A DNA stretch of 63,234 bases, counting the filler, from Octopus bimaculoides (Eukaryota), in NCBI RefSeq assembly GCF_001194135.2. It is 5 parts of 5 records of this genome, joined end to end, with 100 filler letters (N's around TTAATTAATTAA, not from the genome) between each part and the next. Parts side by side here need not be neighbours in the genome. Positions count along the whole stretch, not along the records: positions 46,083 to 63,234 come from NC_068982.1; 4 more parts are not named here. One strand, written 5' to 3'. Within the stretch, counting starts at the first letter, position 1. Each line of letters starts with the position of its first letter. The notes under the pieces were generated by a model. It saw only the letters and a list, made by a program, of their open reading frames with translations. It ran no database searches and was not told the DNA's origin. Made by a program: the position numbers and the translations under genes. This document shows positions 51,076 to 63,234 of this stretch, piece after piece.

Positions 51076-52746
51076 GAATTTGAACAGGACAACGAAAATT
51101 GTTGTACATTGACTTTTAAGAAAGTCTCGAGTACTTTCATTGTTCCACTTACAGATTGTACCTGAAAAGTGGGTGTTAGCTAATCTCCTTGTCTCAAAAT
51201 CCTAGCTTTTCTCCGTTATCAATTAAGCATTTACTAACACAGCCAAGTGCAAAAATGTTTATTGCTATAAATATGAATTCATAATCGGAGTAGAGGAGCT
51301 GAAAGTTACATGTAGGTGTAGACGCATATAGACAGTTGTCTATAGGTATATGTGTGTGTATTTGTGTGTTTGTATGTGTGTGTGCGCGTGTGTGTGTTTG
51401 AATTCATGCATATGTATGTGTTTGTATTTGCTTTTCTGTGTGTATGTGTATGTGATTTCCGGGTCAGAGAATGAAAATATTTTCCCTTTTAAGGAAAACG
51501 AATCAAAGTGTAATACCGTATATGTTCACTCTCAATACGTTTAGCCAGATTTGAGTTCGAATATCTGATTACATTTGTTTCGTCATCGCAATAAAGTCTC
51601 CCCTTCGGGGTCCTTGTAAGATTTTGTTGGTAAAATTTATCTGCAATAAACTGGTTATACTTCTACAATTCACAAAATATTTTTGTATAATTTTTATACA
51701 ATTCCTAATCATATTTAATTATAAAAATATAATAGGATTTCTTTAAACATCGAATTGTTGTGAGGGTCCAGCCGAATAAAACAGGAATCAAAGGAGTCCA
51801 ATGGTAAAAATCGTTGGGAACCACTGCTTTGGACGATGTATGTTAGTAGCACCTGATTCACCAGTGGAAAGAAAACATTTTTGTTTTAAATTATGCCAGC
51901 CAATCAGAATTTTCGTTTTGGAATATACAACCAGCTGTAGAATTTTAATTTTTGACACTTTTCCCACTTTAAAAAAAAAAAAAAAAAAATTCTGAACGAT
52001 ATGCTTAACACAAGAGATTACAAACCTGCAGCAAACAAATTCTGTTGAGGAGTAGGTTAGAATTTAGGGTTCGAACTCAGAATTACACGGAGATGGGGAA
52101 TAATTAAAAACAAATTGTATTTGTGATTTTTACGTATTTTCACAGAAACTTAGTCTCCAATGTTTAAAACGCAGAAATCCAAAGATACTTATTGCATCTT
52201 TGTTAATCTTTGTTACCCATAAATTGTGTGTACATGCATAAGTTAGTCATATATCGTGTGTCCATACATACAGACATACATACATGCATGTATACATACA
52301 TATATGTGTGTGTGTGTATTTATTATGTGTTGTAAATCGATATACATTTCATATGTATTGTGTGAATATTAAAAATATATTGCCTGGATTCTCACAGCTG
52401 GGATGTTATTGTGTAATACCCTTTAAAAGTCAGTTATTGAAACGTAACTAACATTTTTAATGAAAAGAAAAATATGCAGAATTATGATGATTCTCATTTA
52501 ATTTGATGGTCACCAACTTCATGGTTTATTCCAAGAGTAACGCTAGACATTCTTCGTGAGTGTGTGGTGTGTGTGTATTCTGTGTGTGTGTATTCACCTT
52601 GTATGTGCGTGAGTCTACATGCATATACACATGCGTGTGTATATACATATGTACATATGTATATACATATGCACATGCGCACACACTCACTCACACAGAC
52701 ACACACACACACATACAAACATTCATACATACGCACGCACACACTC

Positions 52747-52812
<66 letters not shown>

Positions 52813-53451
52813 TTATCTGTTTATCTATCTATCTGTCTATCTATTAATCTATCTAATTATCTATCTATCTATTTCTCTATCTCTCTCCATATATACATAT
52901 ATATATATATATANNNNNNNNNNNNNNNNNNNNNNNNNNNNNNNNNNNNNNNNNNNNNNNNNNNNNNNNNNNNNNNNNNNNNNNNNNNNNNNNNNNNNNN
53001 NNNNNNNNNNNNNNNNNNNNNNNNNNNNNNNNNNNNNNNNNNNNNNNNNNNNNNNNNNNNNNNNNNNNNNNNNNNNNNNNNNNNNNNNNNNNNNNNNNNN
53101 NNNNNNNNNNNNNNNNNNNNNNNNNNNNNNNNNNNNNNNNNNNNNNNNNNNNNNNNNNNNNNNNNNNNNNNNNNNNNNNNNNNNNNNNNNNNNNNNNNNN
53201 NNNNNNNNNNNNNNNNNNNNNNNNNNNNNNNNNNNNNNNNNNNNNNNNNNNNNNNNNNNNNNNNNNNNNNNNNNNNNNNNNNNNNNNNNNNNNNNNNNNN
53301 NNNNNNNNNNNNNNNNNNNNNNNNNNNNNNNNNNATATATATATGTGTGTGTATTAAATATACATGTAGATATATATATCATATATATATATATCTACAT
53401 GTATGTTTAATACACATATACATATATATATATATTTACCCACAGATGTGA

Positions 53452-53503
<52 letters not shown>

Positions 53504-54240
53504 CATCACATCTATGGGTAAGTGTATGTATGTGTGTGTATATATATGGGAGCGAGTAGTTTTGTGTGAATATGTTTGATGTGAGCGATCGTATTTATCT
53601 CTAGTGGTTTTTTTAAAATGAAAATAGTGGGGAAAACACTCTTCACATCTCAAGTAGTATGTATGTTCTTCTTCGTGAGGAAGAACAGATTTATTTTGTG
53701 ATTCATGTTTTGCTTCAATGCAGAAATAAAACTAACAATATAGAAATTGTCGCATAATCTCAAGTGCAAAATTGTCTTAAAACATCACACTTTTAACTTA
53801 ATGACTTGTTTATTGCCTAAGTGTTTTTTTTTTCTTCCTTAAATAGATAGCCATCGGAAGACGAACATTAGAGCATCTACTATGTGTAATAAATCGTAAT
53901 AGAAAAATAATTCTTATCACCCACCCACGCTAAAGTTTCAAGAACGCAAAGGAAGGATGAATTTGGGGAGTGGATAAAAATGATAATGCACTTAATTGAA
54001 GAAACACATGCGATATGTTGTTCTGTTGCTCTGCCTTTCTTGAATTTTTAATGTTGAGAAAAAAAAAATTCCTTTATATAAGCATCTTTATAAGCGTAAG
54101 CATGCCCATGTCGTCAAGAAGCTCGCTTTACAACCATGTTTTTTTTCCAGTTCAGTCCCAATGGGAATGTCTTCTACTATAGACCCAGGCTGACTAATGC
54201 TACATGAGTGGATGAATTTGGTAGACGGAAACTATGCGGA

Positions 54241-54650
54241 AGCCCAGGAGTGGCTGTGTAGTCAGTAGCTTGCTTACCAACCACATGGTCCCGGGTTCAG
54301 TCCTACTGCGTGGCACCTTGGGCAAGTGTCTTCTACTATAGCCTCGGGCCGACCAAAGCCTTGTGAGTGGATTTGGTAGACGGAAACTGAAAGAAGCCCG
54401 TCGTATATATGTATTTATATAAATGTATGTGTGTGTATATGTTTGTGTGTGTTTGTCCCCCCAACTTCGCTTGACAACCGATGCTGGTGTGTTTACGTTC
54501 CTGTAACTTAGCGGTTCGGCAAAAGAGAACGATAGAATAAGTACTAGGCTTACAAAGAATAAGTCCTGGGGTCGATTTGTTCGACTAAAAGGTGGTGCTC
54601 CAGCATGGCCTCAGTCAAATGACTGAAACAAGTAAAGGAGTAAAGGAGTA
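54241..54650 (+). mobile_element. Full-length tRNA-derived SINE family C (CORE-like; possibly an octopus OR-type SINE)
   Basis: A-box-like TGGCTGTGTAG, B-box GGTTCAGTCC, CORE-like GCACCTTGGGCAAGTGTCTT, an internal TA/TG microsatellite and a (GAGTAAAG)n tail. Partial copies lie on both sides (about 54140-54240 and 54790-54970). The family name is from memory and unverified. Confidence 0.9.
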
Positions 54651-54666
54651 TACGTGTATGTGTGTG

Positions 54667-54710
<44 letters not shown>

Positions 54711-55210
54711 AGCAAGTGAGTGAGTGTATGCATTTATATGTATATTTGTGTGTGAGAGTAGGTATATGTATAGGTGTATTTTTGTTTGTCTCACCAACAG
54801 CAACACCACCTCTTGGACAACCGGTGCTATTTTGTTTATATCCCTGTAGCTTAGCGGTTAGGCGCAGAGACTGGCGTAAAAAATAATTCTGGGATTGACT
54901 TGTTCTACTAATCCCTTCAAGTTGGTGCCTTAGTATGGCTGCAGTTCAATGACCGAAACAAGTAAAACAAAAAAAATCTCTGTTAAATTACGCGTACTTT
55001 CAGTTGTTGTTATTGAGGTCCTCTGTTTTTCCTTCATTTTCAGCGTTGAAATAATATCATTCTATAAACAACCTCTGCTGATAGAAAAAACAGTATTGCA
55101 ACTCTACACAGAACTTCGTATTTCTTATGAAGATTTTTTCCAGGACTATTCCAGCAGCGAATGGTTCTTGTCACGTCCGAATACACTCCAACGTACTGAA
55201 TATGACTTTA

Positions 55211-55249
<39 letters not shown>

Positions 55250-56125
55250 TATTCAACGCTGCTTTGTGCGACATTGTTTATTTAATTCTAGATGGAACCA
55301 GTTTTATGCATGTCAGCAAAAATGTTATTTTAATAAGAATAATTTCATTCATATTGGGCTGAGAATGACAGACTTTGTTTTTGTTGCTCACCAGCAGAAT
55401 CACACAGAAATGCATGCGTCCTACAATCCAATAACGTCATTCGCAACCCACAAAAATATATTTCCTTATGTATCTACGCGGAACATTTTTCCCTTGGGAA
55501 TATTTCCGCAGTAAAAGATCTTATCACGCCCAAATACACTCGAACATGTTAATATGACTTCGCATAAATTCGAATAATTTCACGGTTAGACTAATGATAT
55601 GTAGATTCATTAAAATGTTACTGTAAATCTTGTACTGAGTTATTGGACAAAGAATCAGTTTTAATTTAGCTGTTGTTTAACCCTGATTCAACTTTGAGCA
55701 GATTGTATTATCAAATGTGTTTCCACTATGACTATCCCGACTTCTTTTCAAACAACGGATATATGAGGCTCGACTTTTGCAATATGTCTCCCGTCATCGT
55801 TTAAAACGTTGAGGTGTAGTTTAGAGAAAACCTGGTTTCTATTTCCACCTATTGGATGACTTGTTGCAGCCTTTATTCATTAGTCCGTTTGCATTTGGTA
55901 AACTGTTAATCTTGGAAACAAAACAAATTCCAGGGAAATGCATTTAGACATTTATAACACTCCCAAGACATATCACCACATAACGAATACACACGGAAAA
56001 AAAAAACAATATTAAAATTGTATACATACTATAAGAATCAATAATCGCCATTAGCCCCAAACATTGCTTGGTTGTGCAGAAGAACTGTCACACTCCGGTC
56101 GAGACAATTTTGGTTCTTTCTCCAG

Positions 56126-56222
56126 AATCTTGTGACACATGGGAACAAATTATAAAGGGAAGAAAATGTAACATGGCCAAGCTGCCATACTGCATCCCTA
56201 TACAATCAGCAAGTGCATGCCA
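56126..56222 (+). CDS. Candidate cysteine-containing exon (SCDTWEQIIKGRKCNMAKLPYCIPIQSASAC)
   Basis: Strong acceptor TTTTGGTTCTTTCTCCAG and a CCA|GTATGT donor. Exactly one open frame. No family recognised. Confidence 0.3.
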
Positions 56223-57345
56223 GTATGTGTAGGGTGGTCTTCGGCTCGATAATAACATGATACATCTATAGACCTGTGTTTCACAAATAGCCGTTCGGTC
56301 TGTTACCTACGGAAAATAAGTTATCTATGTAGCATAATTCTGCTTGTTAAATGTTGACTGTAACTATAATAAAAAATAAACGAATAAATAAATAGTCTTA
56401 TCAGCCAATCCCACTTTAAGATGCAATTATAGAAGTTCCGTGATATATCGTTCGATTAGAAATTTATCTGGGAAATGCAGAATATGTATCTAATTGTTAG
56501 AGGGCCTGCTTTAGATGCGTATTTATACTGTGTAGCTTGTGCAAATTTATGATTTAGATAATATAATTATTACATAAAATATAACGTTACATTTACTATC
56601 CGAATTTCACTCAATTAATATTCGTATGAAATACAAGCCATTGGTATGTTTGCTATAAATTAACGTGGATAGCTTGCTTTTGTTCTCTAGTTACGTAAGC
56701 CACATTGATTATTAGAAACAAGTCAAACCTGAAACAGATGTTATATATTTATATTTGTTTGCAATTGTATTGACTCGCAATTCAATTGAGTTTAGACAAC
56801 GCCTGAATATAAAGAGGAGGATTAAACAATATTTTCAAGTTATATTCTGGTTAAATTACAGTTAAATTCTTTACTTAAAATTCCGCTGAAAAGTAATGTT
56901 GGGTGACTCGTTAATATCAAAGAACGGACTTTTAACCTTTTCATTCTATTCAAATAGAATGATAATTAAATGTGTTATTTTAAACAAATTTTACGAAACA
57001 AGACTACTTTCACAGGAATGGACAATCATAGTTAGTAAAAAATATTCGAAATTTATTTGTTCTCATGGATTTGTTTTTTGTTATTATTTTTATTTATTTA
57101 TTTTCTTTATTTTACACGATTTTGCTGCTGTGAGTTTTAATTTTCGAAAACATGTTCTCGATATTTCGGTGGTTTATTCTTAACCTTAATTTCACAAATA
57201 TCCATGCCGAGCAATCTTCAAAAGTTTGAAGCGAATTTCACCAATTTGTAGCACGTCTTCCGAATCTATAAACTAAGCATTAAATTAATATGATGACATA
57301 AAATATCATTTTTAACCATTATTAACGAATAAATATATTATCATA

Positions 57346-57728
57346 TGTGGAGGCGCAATGGCCCAGTGGTTAGGGCAGCGGACTCGTGGTCATAGGATCG
57401 CGGTTTCGATTACCAGACCGGGCGTTGTAAGTGTTTATTGAGCGAAAACACCTAAAGCTCCACGAGGCTCTGGCAGGGGATGGTGGCGAACCCTGCTGTA
57501 CTCTTTCACCACAACTTTCTCTCACTCTTACTTCCTGTTTCTGTTGTGCCTGTAATTCAAAGGGTCAGCCTTGTCGCACTGTGTCACGCTGAATATCCCC
57601 GAGAACTACGTTAAGGGTACACGTGCCTGTGGAGTGCTCAGCCACTTGCACGTTAATTTCACGAGCAGGCTGTTCCGTTGATCGGATCAGCTGGAACCCT
57701 CGACGTCGTAAGCGACGGAGTGACAACA
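57346..57728 (+). mobile_element. Full-length tRNA-derived SINE (family E) with 11-bp target-site duplication
   Basis: A box TGGCCCAGTGG, B box GGTTTCGATTACC, CAA-type tail. ATATTATCATA at 57335-57345 and 57729-57739. Confidence 0.93.
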
Positions 57729-58471
57729 ATATTATCATAGTTGTTAGAATTAATAATTTAATTGGATAATGCGATTAAGTTTAGAGTATTTCTTTTTCAG
57801 ACCATCATACATGCAAATAAATGAACAAAATGTGATCCCCAGTTCTTTAACAGTGAAATATTCCCTGACCCGTCCATGCAATTTATAATTGTGACTCTAT
57901 GTATAAAGAACCATTCTCAACATTAACATACCATTGGCATGACTGCCAAGTGAAGCATTCTGAGAGAATGTTTGACGAATTTCAAATTCTGTTGCTTATC
58001 TAAAAATGTTTACAAACGTTATATTTGGTTATGTATGTAAACTAATTATGATCGTTCCATACTTTGATACACAAAAACACTAATGGTGCTTGTTTGTATG
58101 ACGTAAAGTATTTCTTTCTGTATATGTCTCTACGAGAGTATATAAGAATGCATATACAAGCGTTTGTGTATGTAACATGTGCATCTGTGCGAATGCATGT
58201 ATATAAACGTGTGTGTGAATGTTAGTTGATCTGTTTGTGTATGTGTATAGGTGTGCGCGTGTGCGCCTGCATGGATACGCCTTTGCATACGAAGACTGCA
58301 AACTATTTAGAAATTAAAAGTGAGCTATTTTCATGCTCGTTATTTAATTGGTCTGTTACTAAGTTAATTAAATTATTCATATTTTCGCTAATAAATTACT
58401 CAAGCGATGTAATTATTTTACAGAGCATCCAAAAATATTGGGTAAGATTTACTGAGCAGCCAGCTACAACC

Positions 58472-58532
58472 ATGAGCCCAGGCTGGTTCCATTTCTCCTC
58501 TTTGCCTCCTCTACTGATTCTACATCTTCTGA
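58472..58532 (+). CDS. Weak candidate first coding exon (MSPGWFHFSSLPPLLILHLL)
   Basis: ACAACCATG context, a hydrophobic stretch and a phase-1 GTAAGT donor at 58533. Could be chance. Confidence 0.15.
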
Positions 58533-58759
58533 GTAAGTCCCCCTGACACACTCATTACTCTTCCTCTTGCCACTCTACTGTATTTCACCTTTAAGATCCC
58601 AAGCTAAAGACTTTGCCTAATTCTTTCTTTGTTGGAGTTGCTTCCCTACGATATTCATTTTTCCAAAGCTGTAAACGTACATTTGCTGTACAATTCTTAC
58701 TTTTGTGGGGAAGTCTGCACCGACCATGAGCGCTATCCTTTCTCCTAGATCCCAGGATT

Positions 58760-59540
58760 AAATAATAATAATAATAATAATAATAAGAGAGGAGCGCCAG
58801 TCTTGACAGCGGCTGGACGTGTTCCTCGTTGCTCTGACCTAGAAACACTAATATGACCCAACAGGACAACGGGGAAAAAGTAACTAAAGAAAAAAAGAAA
58901 ATAGCAGAAACAAAAACAAAAAAAAATTCAATGAGTAATTCCCCATAAGGAGGGAGAGCTATTCTGAGAGTTATTTGTGGAAACGCCACAAAACCACGAT
59001 CATCCTGCTCACTAAGGTAAGTTTTCTTTACCAATTGTCTTCTTCCAGTCTAATGAGAGCATGTTCAGAGCAAGTCTTTTCATTCGAACTATGCTTCCAA
59101 CTCTCATCTACCTTTCAACAAATTTGCTGGGAAGAAGCACTTCTCTCTCCATCCTCACTTTCCTTTGCATATGAAACTTGAGAAGGTTGATGAGGGTTTG
59201 GCCAAAGAAGATCGTGCTTGTCTTCAGCCTTCTCAATCTCATCCACAACATAACCTATATCGCCAGAGAAACAAGACAAATAAATAATACCTGTCTTTCT
59301 CGGTCGCCAAAGGAACAAGACGGGACGATCTTCACAATGAACTCAACTGATAGCCAGACCCGCCCACTCGTGATAGCAGTTGCTCGAAATAATTGCACTA
59401 GTCAGCTATGCTCGGACACTGAACGAATGTGAATAGCACAGTTTCAGTTTCGTCGCTTTGCATGCAACATAGACAAGTGCAGCTGAGAACACTTCTGTGT
59501 CTGAAGAGTTTATCTCGAACCGGCCATGTAGCTGGTAGCG
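58760..59540 (-). mobile_element. L1/Tx1-like LINE 3' end with 3' UTR and (TTA)n tail
   Basis: PVRDKLFRH...CLCCMQSDETETVLFTFVQCP...FIVKIVP...LFICLVSLA...KFHMQRKVRMEREVLLPSKFVER* is homologous to the copy at 46.5-47.5 kb. Confidence 0.85.
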
Positions 59541-59886
59541 CTGCTAAGTCAGAGATTTCTGAAAATTACCATCATCATCATCGTCGTCATCCTGGTATGT
59601 TTCTGATTTTTGGCATAAGGCCAGCAATTTTCGAGGGGAGAGGAACTGTCGATGCCATCGATCCTTGACCCAGTACTTAACTTCTAATTTCTTCAGTTGA
59701 CTCTGGGAGAGAAAGACAGTGTTAATCTCGGTGTTGTGTTCTGACATCCATGGGTTGTACATCCTTAGATGGTAGAGAATTCCTGACAGTCATTGTGCTA
59801 TTTAATATAGATATTTTTAATGTTGCCCACTATTTTTCCATCTCACAAAAAGACCAATGACCTACCTTTTATGACTATGGTAAAAG

Positions 59887-60061
59887 CAGGGGCGTAGCTA
59901 GGGTGGGGCATGCAGGGCACATGCCCTGGGCGCCACTTTGAGGGAGTGTAATTTTTCTAATTACGCCATTTCTATGCGAGTTACCACATTTTGTTGGTGG
60001 CGGGTGGGGGGCACAATTTTGATACTTGCCCTGGGCGCCATTTACCCTAGCTACACCCCTG
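59887..60061. mobile_element. hAT-type MITE (175 bp)
   Basis: 18-bp TIR CAGGGG(C/T)GTAGCTAGGGT and a perfect 8-bp TSD GGTAAAAG (59879-59886, 60062-60069). Subterminal GCCCTGGGCGCCA occurs twice. Confidence 0.95.
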
Positions 60062-60252
60062 GGTAAAAGACAGTTGCATATCGTTTGTATCTGTAACGAC
60101 AATATACTCATAATAGACTCTCCTTAACCTGGATGCACAAATCAGGCTTAACAGGGCAGCGGAAGCAACAATATTCGCGATACGGAAAAGGCCAGCATCA
60201 CAAGAAAGTGTGAAAAGAACAATCAGAATTCCTTCAATAATATCACGTAGTA

Positions 60253-61103
60253 CAAAGTTATTCAAAAAGAATGAAACAATTTCATTACGCAATATTTTAA
60301 TAAAGAAAAGCAATAGAAAACTCCAGCTAAGTCACAAGTATTTACTCACAATCAGCTGTTATTTCCTGTATTACAAGTGTTCAATGTGACCATCATCGGC
60401 AGCACGGGCAATATCAATGCGATAAGAGAATTCCTCCGAGACGCGTATCAGCATATCACGACCCACTGAGTTGAGCGCTGTTTTTATTCGATGTTTAAGG
60501 TCATCGAGGTTAGTGGGTAGCGGTGGAACATAAACGCGACCTATTACATATCCCCACAAGAAAAAATTACACATGAAAAGGTCTGGGGATCTCGTAGGCA
60601 AAGCACAAAAAGCAAGGTCTTGGGCCCCTTTCCGACCAATCCATCGCTGGAGCACTTTTTCATTTAAAAAAGCTCGAACCATCAGGTGCCAATGGGGCGG
60701 TGCTCCATCTTGTTGAAAAATGAAGTCATGTGAATTTGCTTGCAGTGGAGTGAAGAGCCAGTTTTGGAGCATATCAAGATAGGTTTGTCCTGTAACGGTG
60801 TTTCCTTCAAAGAAAAGGAGACCATAAACCTTGTCCGCTACCTACTAACTTCGATGACCTTAAACATCGAATAATAACAGCAATCATCTCAGTGGATCGT
60901 GATATGCTGATACGCGTCTCAGAGGAATTCCTTTATCGCATTGATGTTGCCCGTGCTGCAGGTGATGGCCACATTGAACACTTGTAAGATAGAAAATAAA
61001 AGTTGATTGTGAGTAAATACTTGTGACTTAGCTGGAGATTTCTATTACTTTTCCTTATTAAAATATTGCGTAATGAAATCGTTTCATTTTTTTAATAACC
61101 CTG
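60253..61103. mobile_element. Foldback Tc1/mariner derivative (rosa/DD41D-like motifs) with about 270-bp inverted arms
   Basis: Minus strand KVYGLLFFEGNTVTGQTYLDMLQNW...FQQDGAPPH...RWIGR...RSPDL..CNFFLWGYV...GHIEHL*. Arms at 60253-60523 and 60835-61103. TA on both sides; right terminus reads CAGGGTTATT from the outside in. Confidence 0.9.
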
Positions 61104-61113
61104 TATTCAGTGT

Positions 61114-61293
61114 TTGTGCCGTCTTAAGGCATGGGACATCGGGTAGTTACCTGGAGCCCAATGCTAATCAATGTATATTGTCGGGGCCCAATGCTACTCG
61201 ACGTATATTGTGCCATACTGTCAATAAATAAATATTTTAAGTTCCAATGCATTTATTTGCCGAAGGAGCTATACTGTTGTTAAGACAGCACTG
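61114..61293. mobile_element. Possible MITE
   Basis: GTGCCGTCTTAA...TTAAGACAGCAC inverted ends and an internal 30-bp tandem duplication (GCCCAATGCTA...GTATATTGT). No clean TSD. Confidence 0.45.
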
Positions 61294-62089
61294 TGTAGTG
61301 CTGTATTTTAAATACGAACTCTTGATTCTTCAGATGGTGCTCCAGTAATCTTACGATTCAGCCGTTTATGCTATCAGATATGAAATTACGGAGTGAGACA
61401 TTAATGAGTTTTAAAGTTAATTAGTTAATTATTGATTGTTTAGTTAAGCGTTCTTTAAATTAATAAGAGTGAGTGAAAGCATGCCTTGTTCAGTCAATCA
61501 GCGAATAGATTTAACAGTTGGTTACAGTCTGTTATTAATATTTTATAACGAGGTAATTAATCAATCACTCAGCAAATCAACGTTTAAATGAATAAGTTAA
61601 TTAACTGATTAGTCTGTCATTCGTTAACAATTTTATTGACGTATCGAATAGCAGCATTAGCAAATCATTAAATAAATTTACTAAGAACGAATTTTCTTTT
61701 TAATATCAATAATTTGCCTGATATATTTATTGATTTTTTAAAATTAGCTAGTTAATTAATAAATCAGTTTGTCAAATATCTGAAAAAAATATTTATGCTT
61801 ATTAGAGTTATTACTATGAATATTTTGATTAGCAATTTCAGATCTGAATCGGGTTTATTTGGAAAGTTGGATTTGATAGCCAAATGTGACCTAACTCGAA
61901 AAGCCAACAAGATAAAATCCAGTGTAGTTTGGTGCGCACTAACATTGAATTATAAAGATATAGAGCAGTTAACATAATGCGAATACATGCTATTAAAGAA
62001 ACTAAGAGATTTAGCGAAAATTCTAGTTAGCATTCAATGATACTGTGATTAATCCTTTTGAATACAATCAAGTCTACTACCAAATTTAA

Positions 62090-62170
<81 letters not shown>

Positions 62171-62243
62171 ATGAGAAATATTTCACGGATGGGGATTGAT
62201 TTTTATATTTTTATTAATGCATTGTTACATATGTTTCAGCATA

Positions 62244-62662
62244 GCAGGAGTGGTTGTGTGGTAAGTAGCTTGCTTTTGAACCACATGGTTCCGGGTTCAT
62301 TCCCACTGCGTGGCACCTTGAGCAAGTGTCTTCTACTATAGCCTCGGGTCGACTAAAGTCTTGTGAGTGGATTTGATAGACGGAAACTGAAAGAAGTCCG
62401 TCGTATATATGTATATATATATATATATGTATGTGTGTGTATATGTTTGTGTGTGTATATGTTTGTTCCCCCAACATCGCTTGACAACCGATGCTGGTGT
62501 GTTTACGTCCCCGTAACTTAGCGGTTCGGCAAAAGAGAACGATAGAATAAGTACTAGGCATCCAAATAATAAGTCCTGGGGTCGAATTGCTCGACTAAAG
62601 GCAGTGCTCCAGCATGGCCACAGCCAAATGACTGAAACAAGTAAAAGAGAGAAAAGAGAGAG
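62244..62662 (+). mobile_element. Full-length SINE family C
   Basis: Collinear and highly similar to 54241-54650. Confidence 0.92.
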
Positions 62663-62845
62663 TATTGCATGTATTTTAATGGAACTAGCTCACCACAGCC
62701 ATAAGATATCGTTGCGTATTATAATATCTTCGGAAGGCTGGGAATAATATGCGATAGCCAGCAACAAGTAGCATAATAAGTTTTATGAGTGAACTGGTAG
62801 GAATTCGCCATATACAAAATACGAGGATATATATACATGTGTGTA

Positions 62846-63155
62846 GGGGGTGTGGCTAGGTGGTTAAGGAGCTTGCTTTGCAACCACGTGGATACGAGTT
62901 CAGTCCCACAACAAGGTACCTTGGGAAAGTGTCTTCTATTATAGCCCCGAGCCCACAAATGCCCTGTGAGTGAATTTTGTGAACGAAAATTGTGTGGAAG
63001 CACGTCGCATATATATGATTTAAATTTTGGCACAAGTCCAGCAATTTAGGAGTAGGGGTAAGTTGATTACATTGACCCCAGTCCTCAACTGTATTTATTT
63101 TATTGACCCCAAAAGGATGAAAGGTAAAGTCGACCTCTGTAGATTTTGACCTCAT
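62846..63155 (+). mobile_element. Diverged family C head followed by a family B copy
   Basis: TGGCTAGGTGG...GAGTTCAGTCCC...ACCTTGGGAAAGTGTCTT, then AAATTTTGGCAC...GGATGAAAGGTAAAGTCGACCT. Confidence 0.75.
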
Positions 63156-63234
63156 ACATATACATACATATACATACATATACATACATATATGTATGTA
63201 TGTATGTATCTATCCATATATATATATATATATA

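Noticed and set aside
57349-57425. tRNA gene
   Set aside because: It has A and B boxes but continues into a 300-bp body with tail and TSD, so it is a SINE head.

Overview
Eukaryotic, AT-rich, gene-poor draft scaffold with 15 N-gaps. Its repeat content suggests a coleoid cephalopod, probably Octopus; this is inferred from recognised SINE/LINE families and was not checked by a database search. No prokaryotic features, CRISPR, rRNA or tRNA genes, or confident host gene were found. Most entries in the ORF track are artefacts of N-runs or microsatellites. What is identifiable is transposon-derived: five R4/Dong-like LINE pieces (RT plus restriction-like endonuclease), two Tx1-like LINE 3' ends, an RTE 3' end, a Penelope GIY-YIG fragment, and an internally deleted Ty3/gypsy element nested in one R4 copy. 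There are also mariner and Tc1-mariner derivatives, pogo-, hAT- and Kolobok-like MITEs, and several tRNA-derived or SINE-like families. The best leads are: (1) R4-like LINEs apparently partitioned between (TAA)n and (TACA)n microsatellites, plus a short (TAA)n-tailed partner element; (2) a foldback Tc1/mariner derivative built from two transposase 3' ends; (3) several long hairpins, including a near-perfect 108-bp stem; (4) a few weak candidate host exons. I cannot support a wholly new biological system from this sequence alone. All coordinates and mismatch counts are manual and may be off by a few bases.
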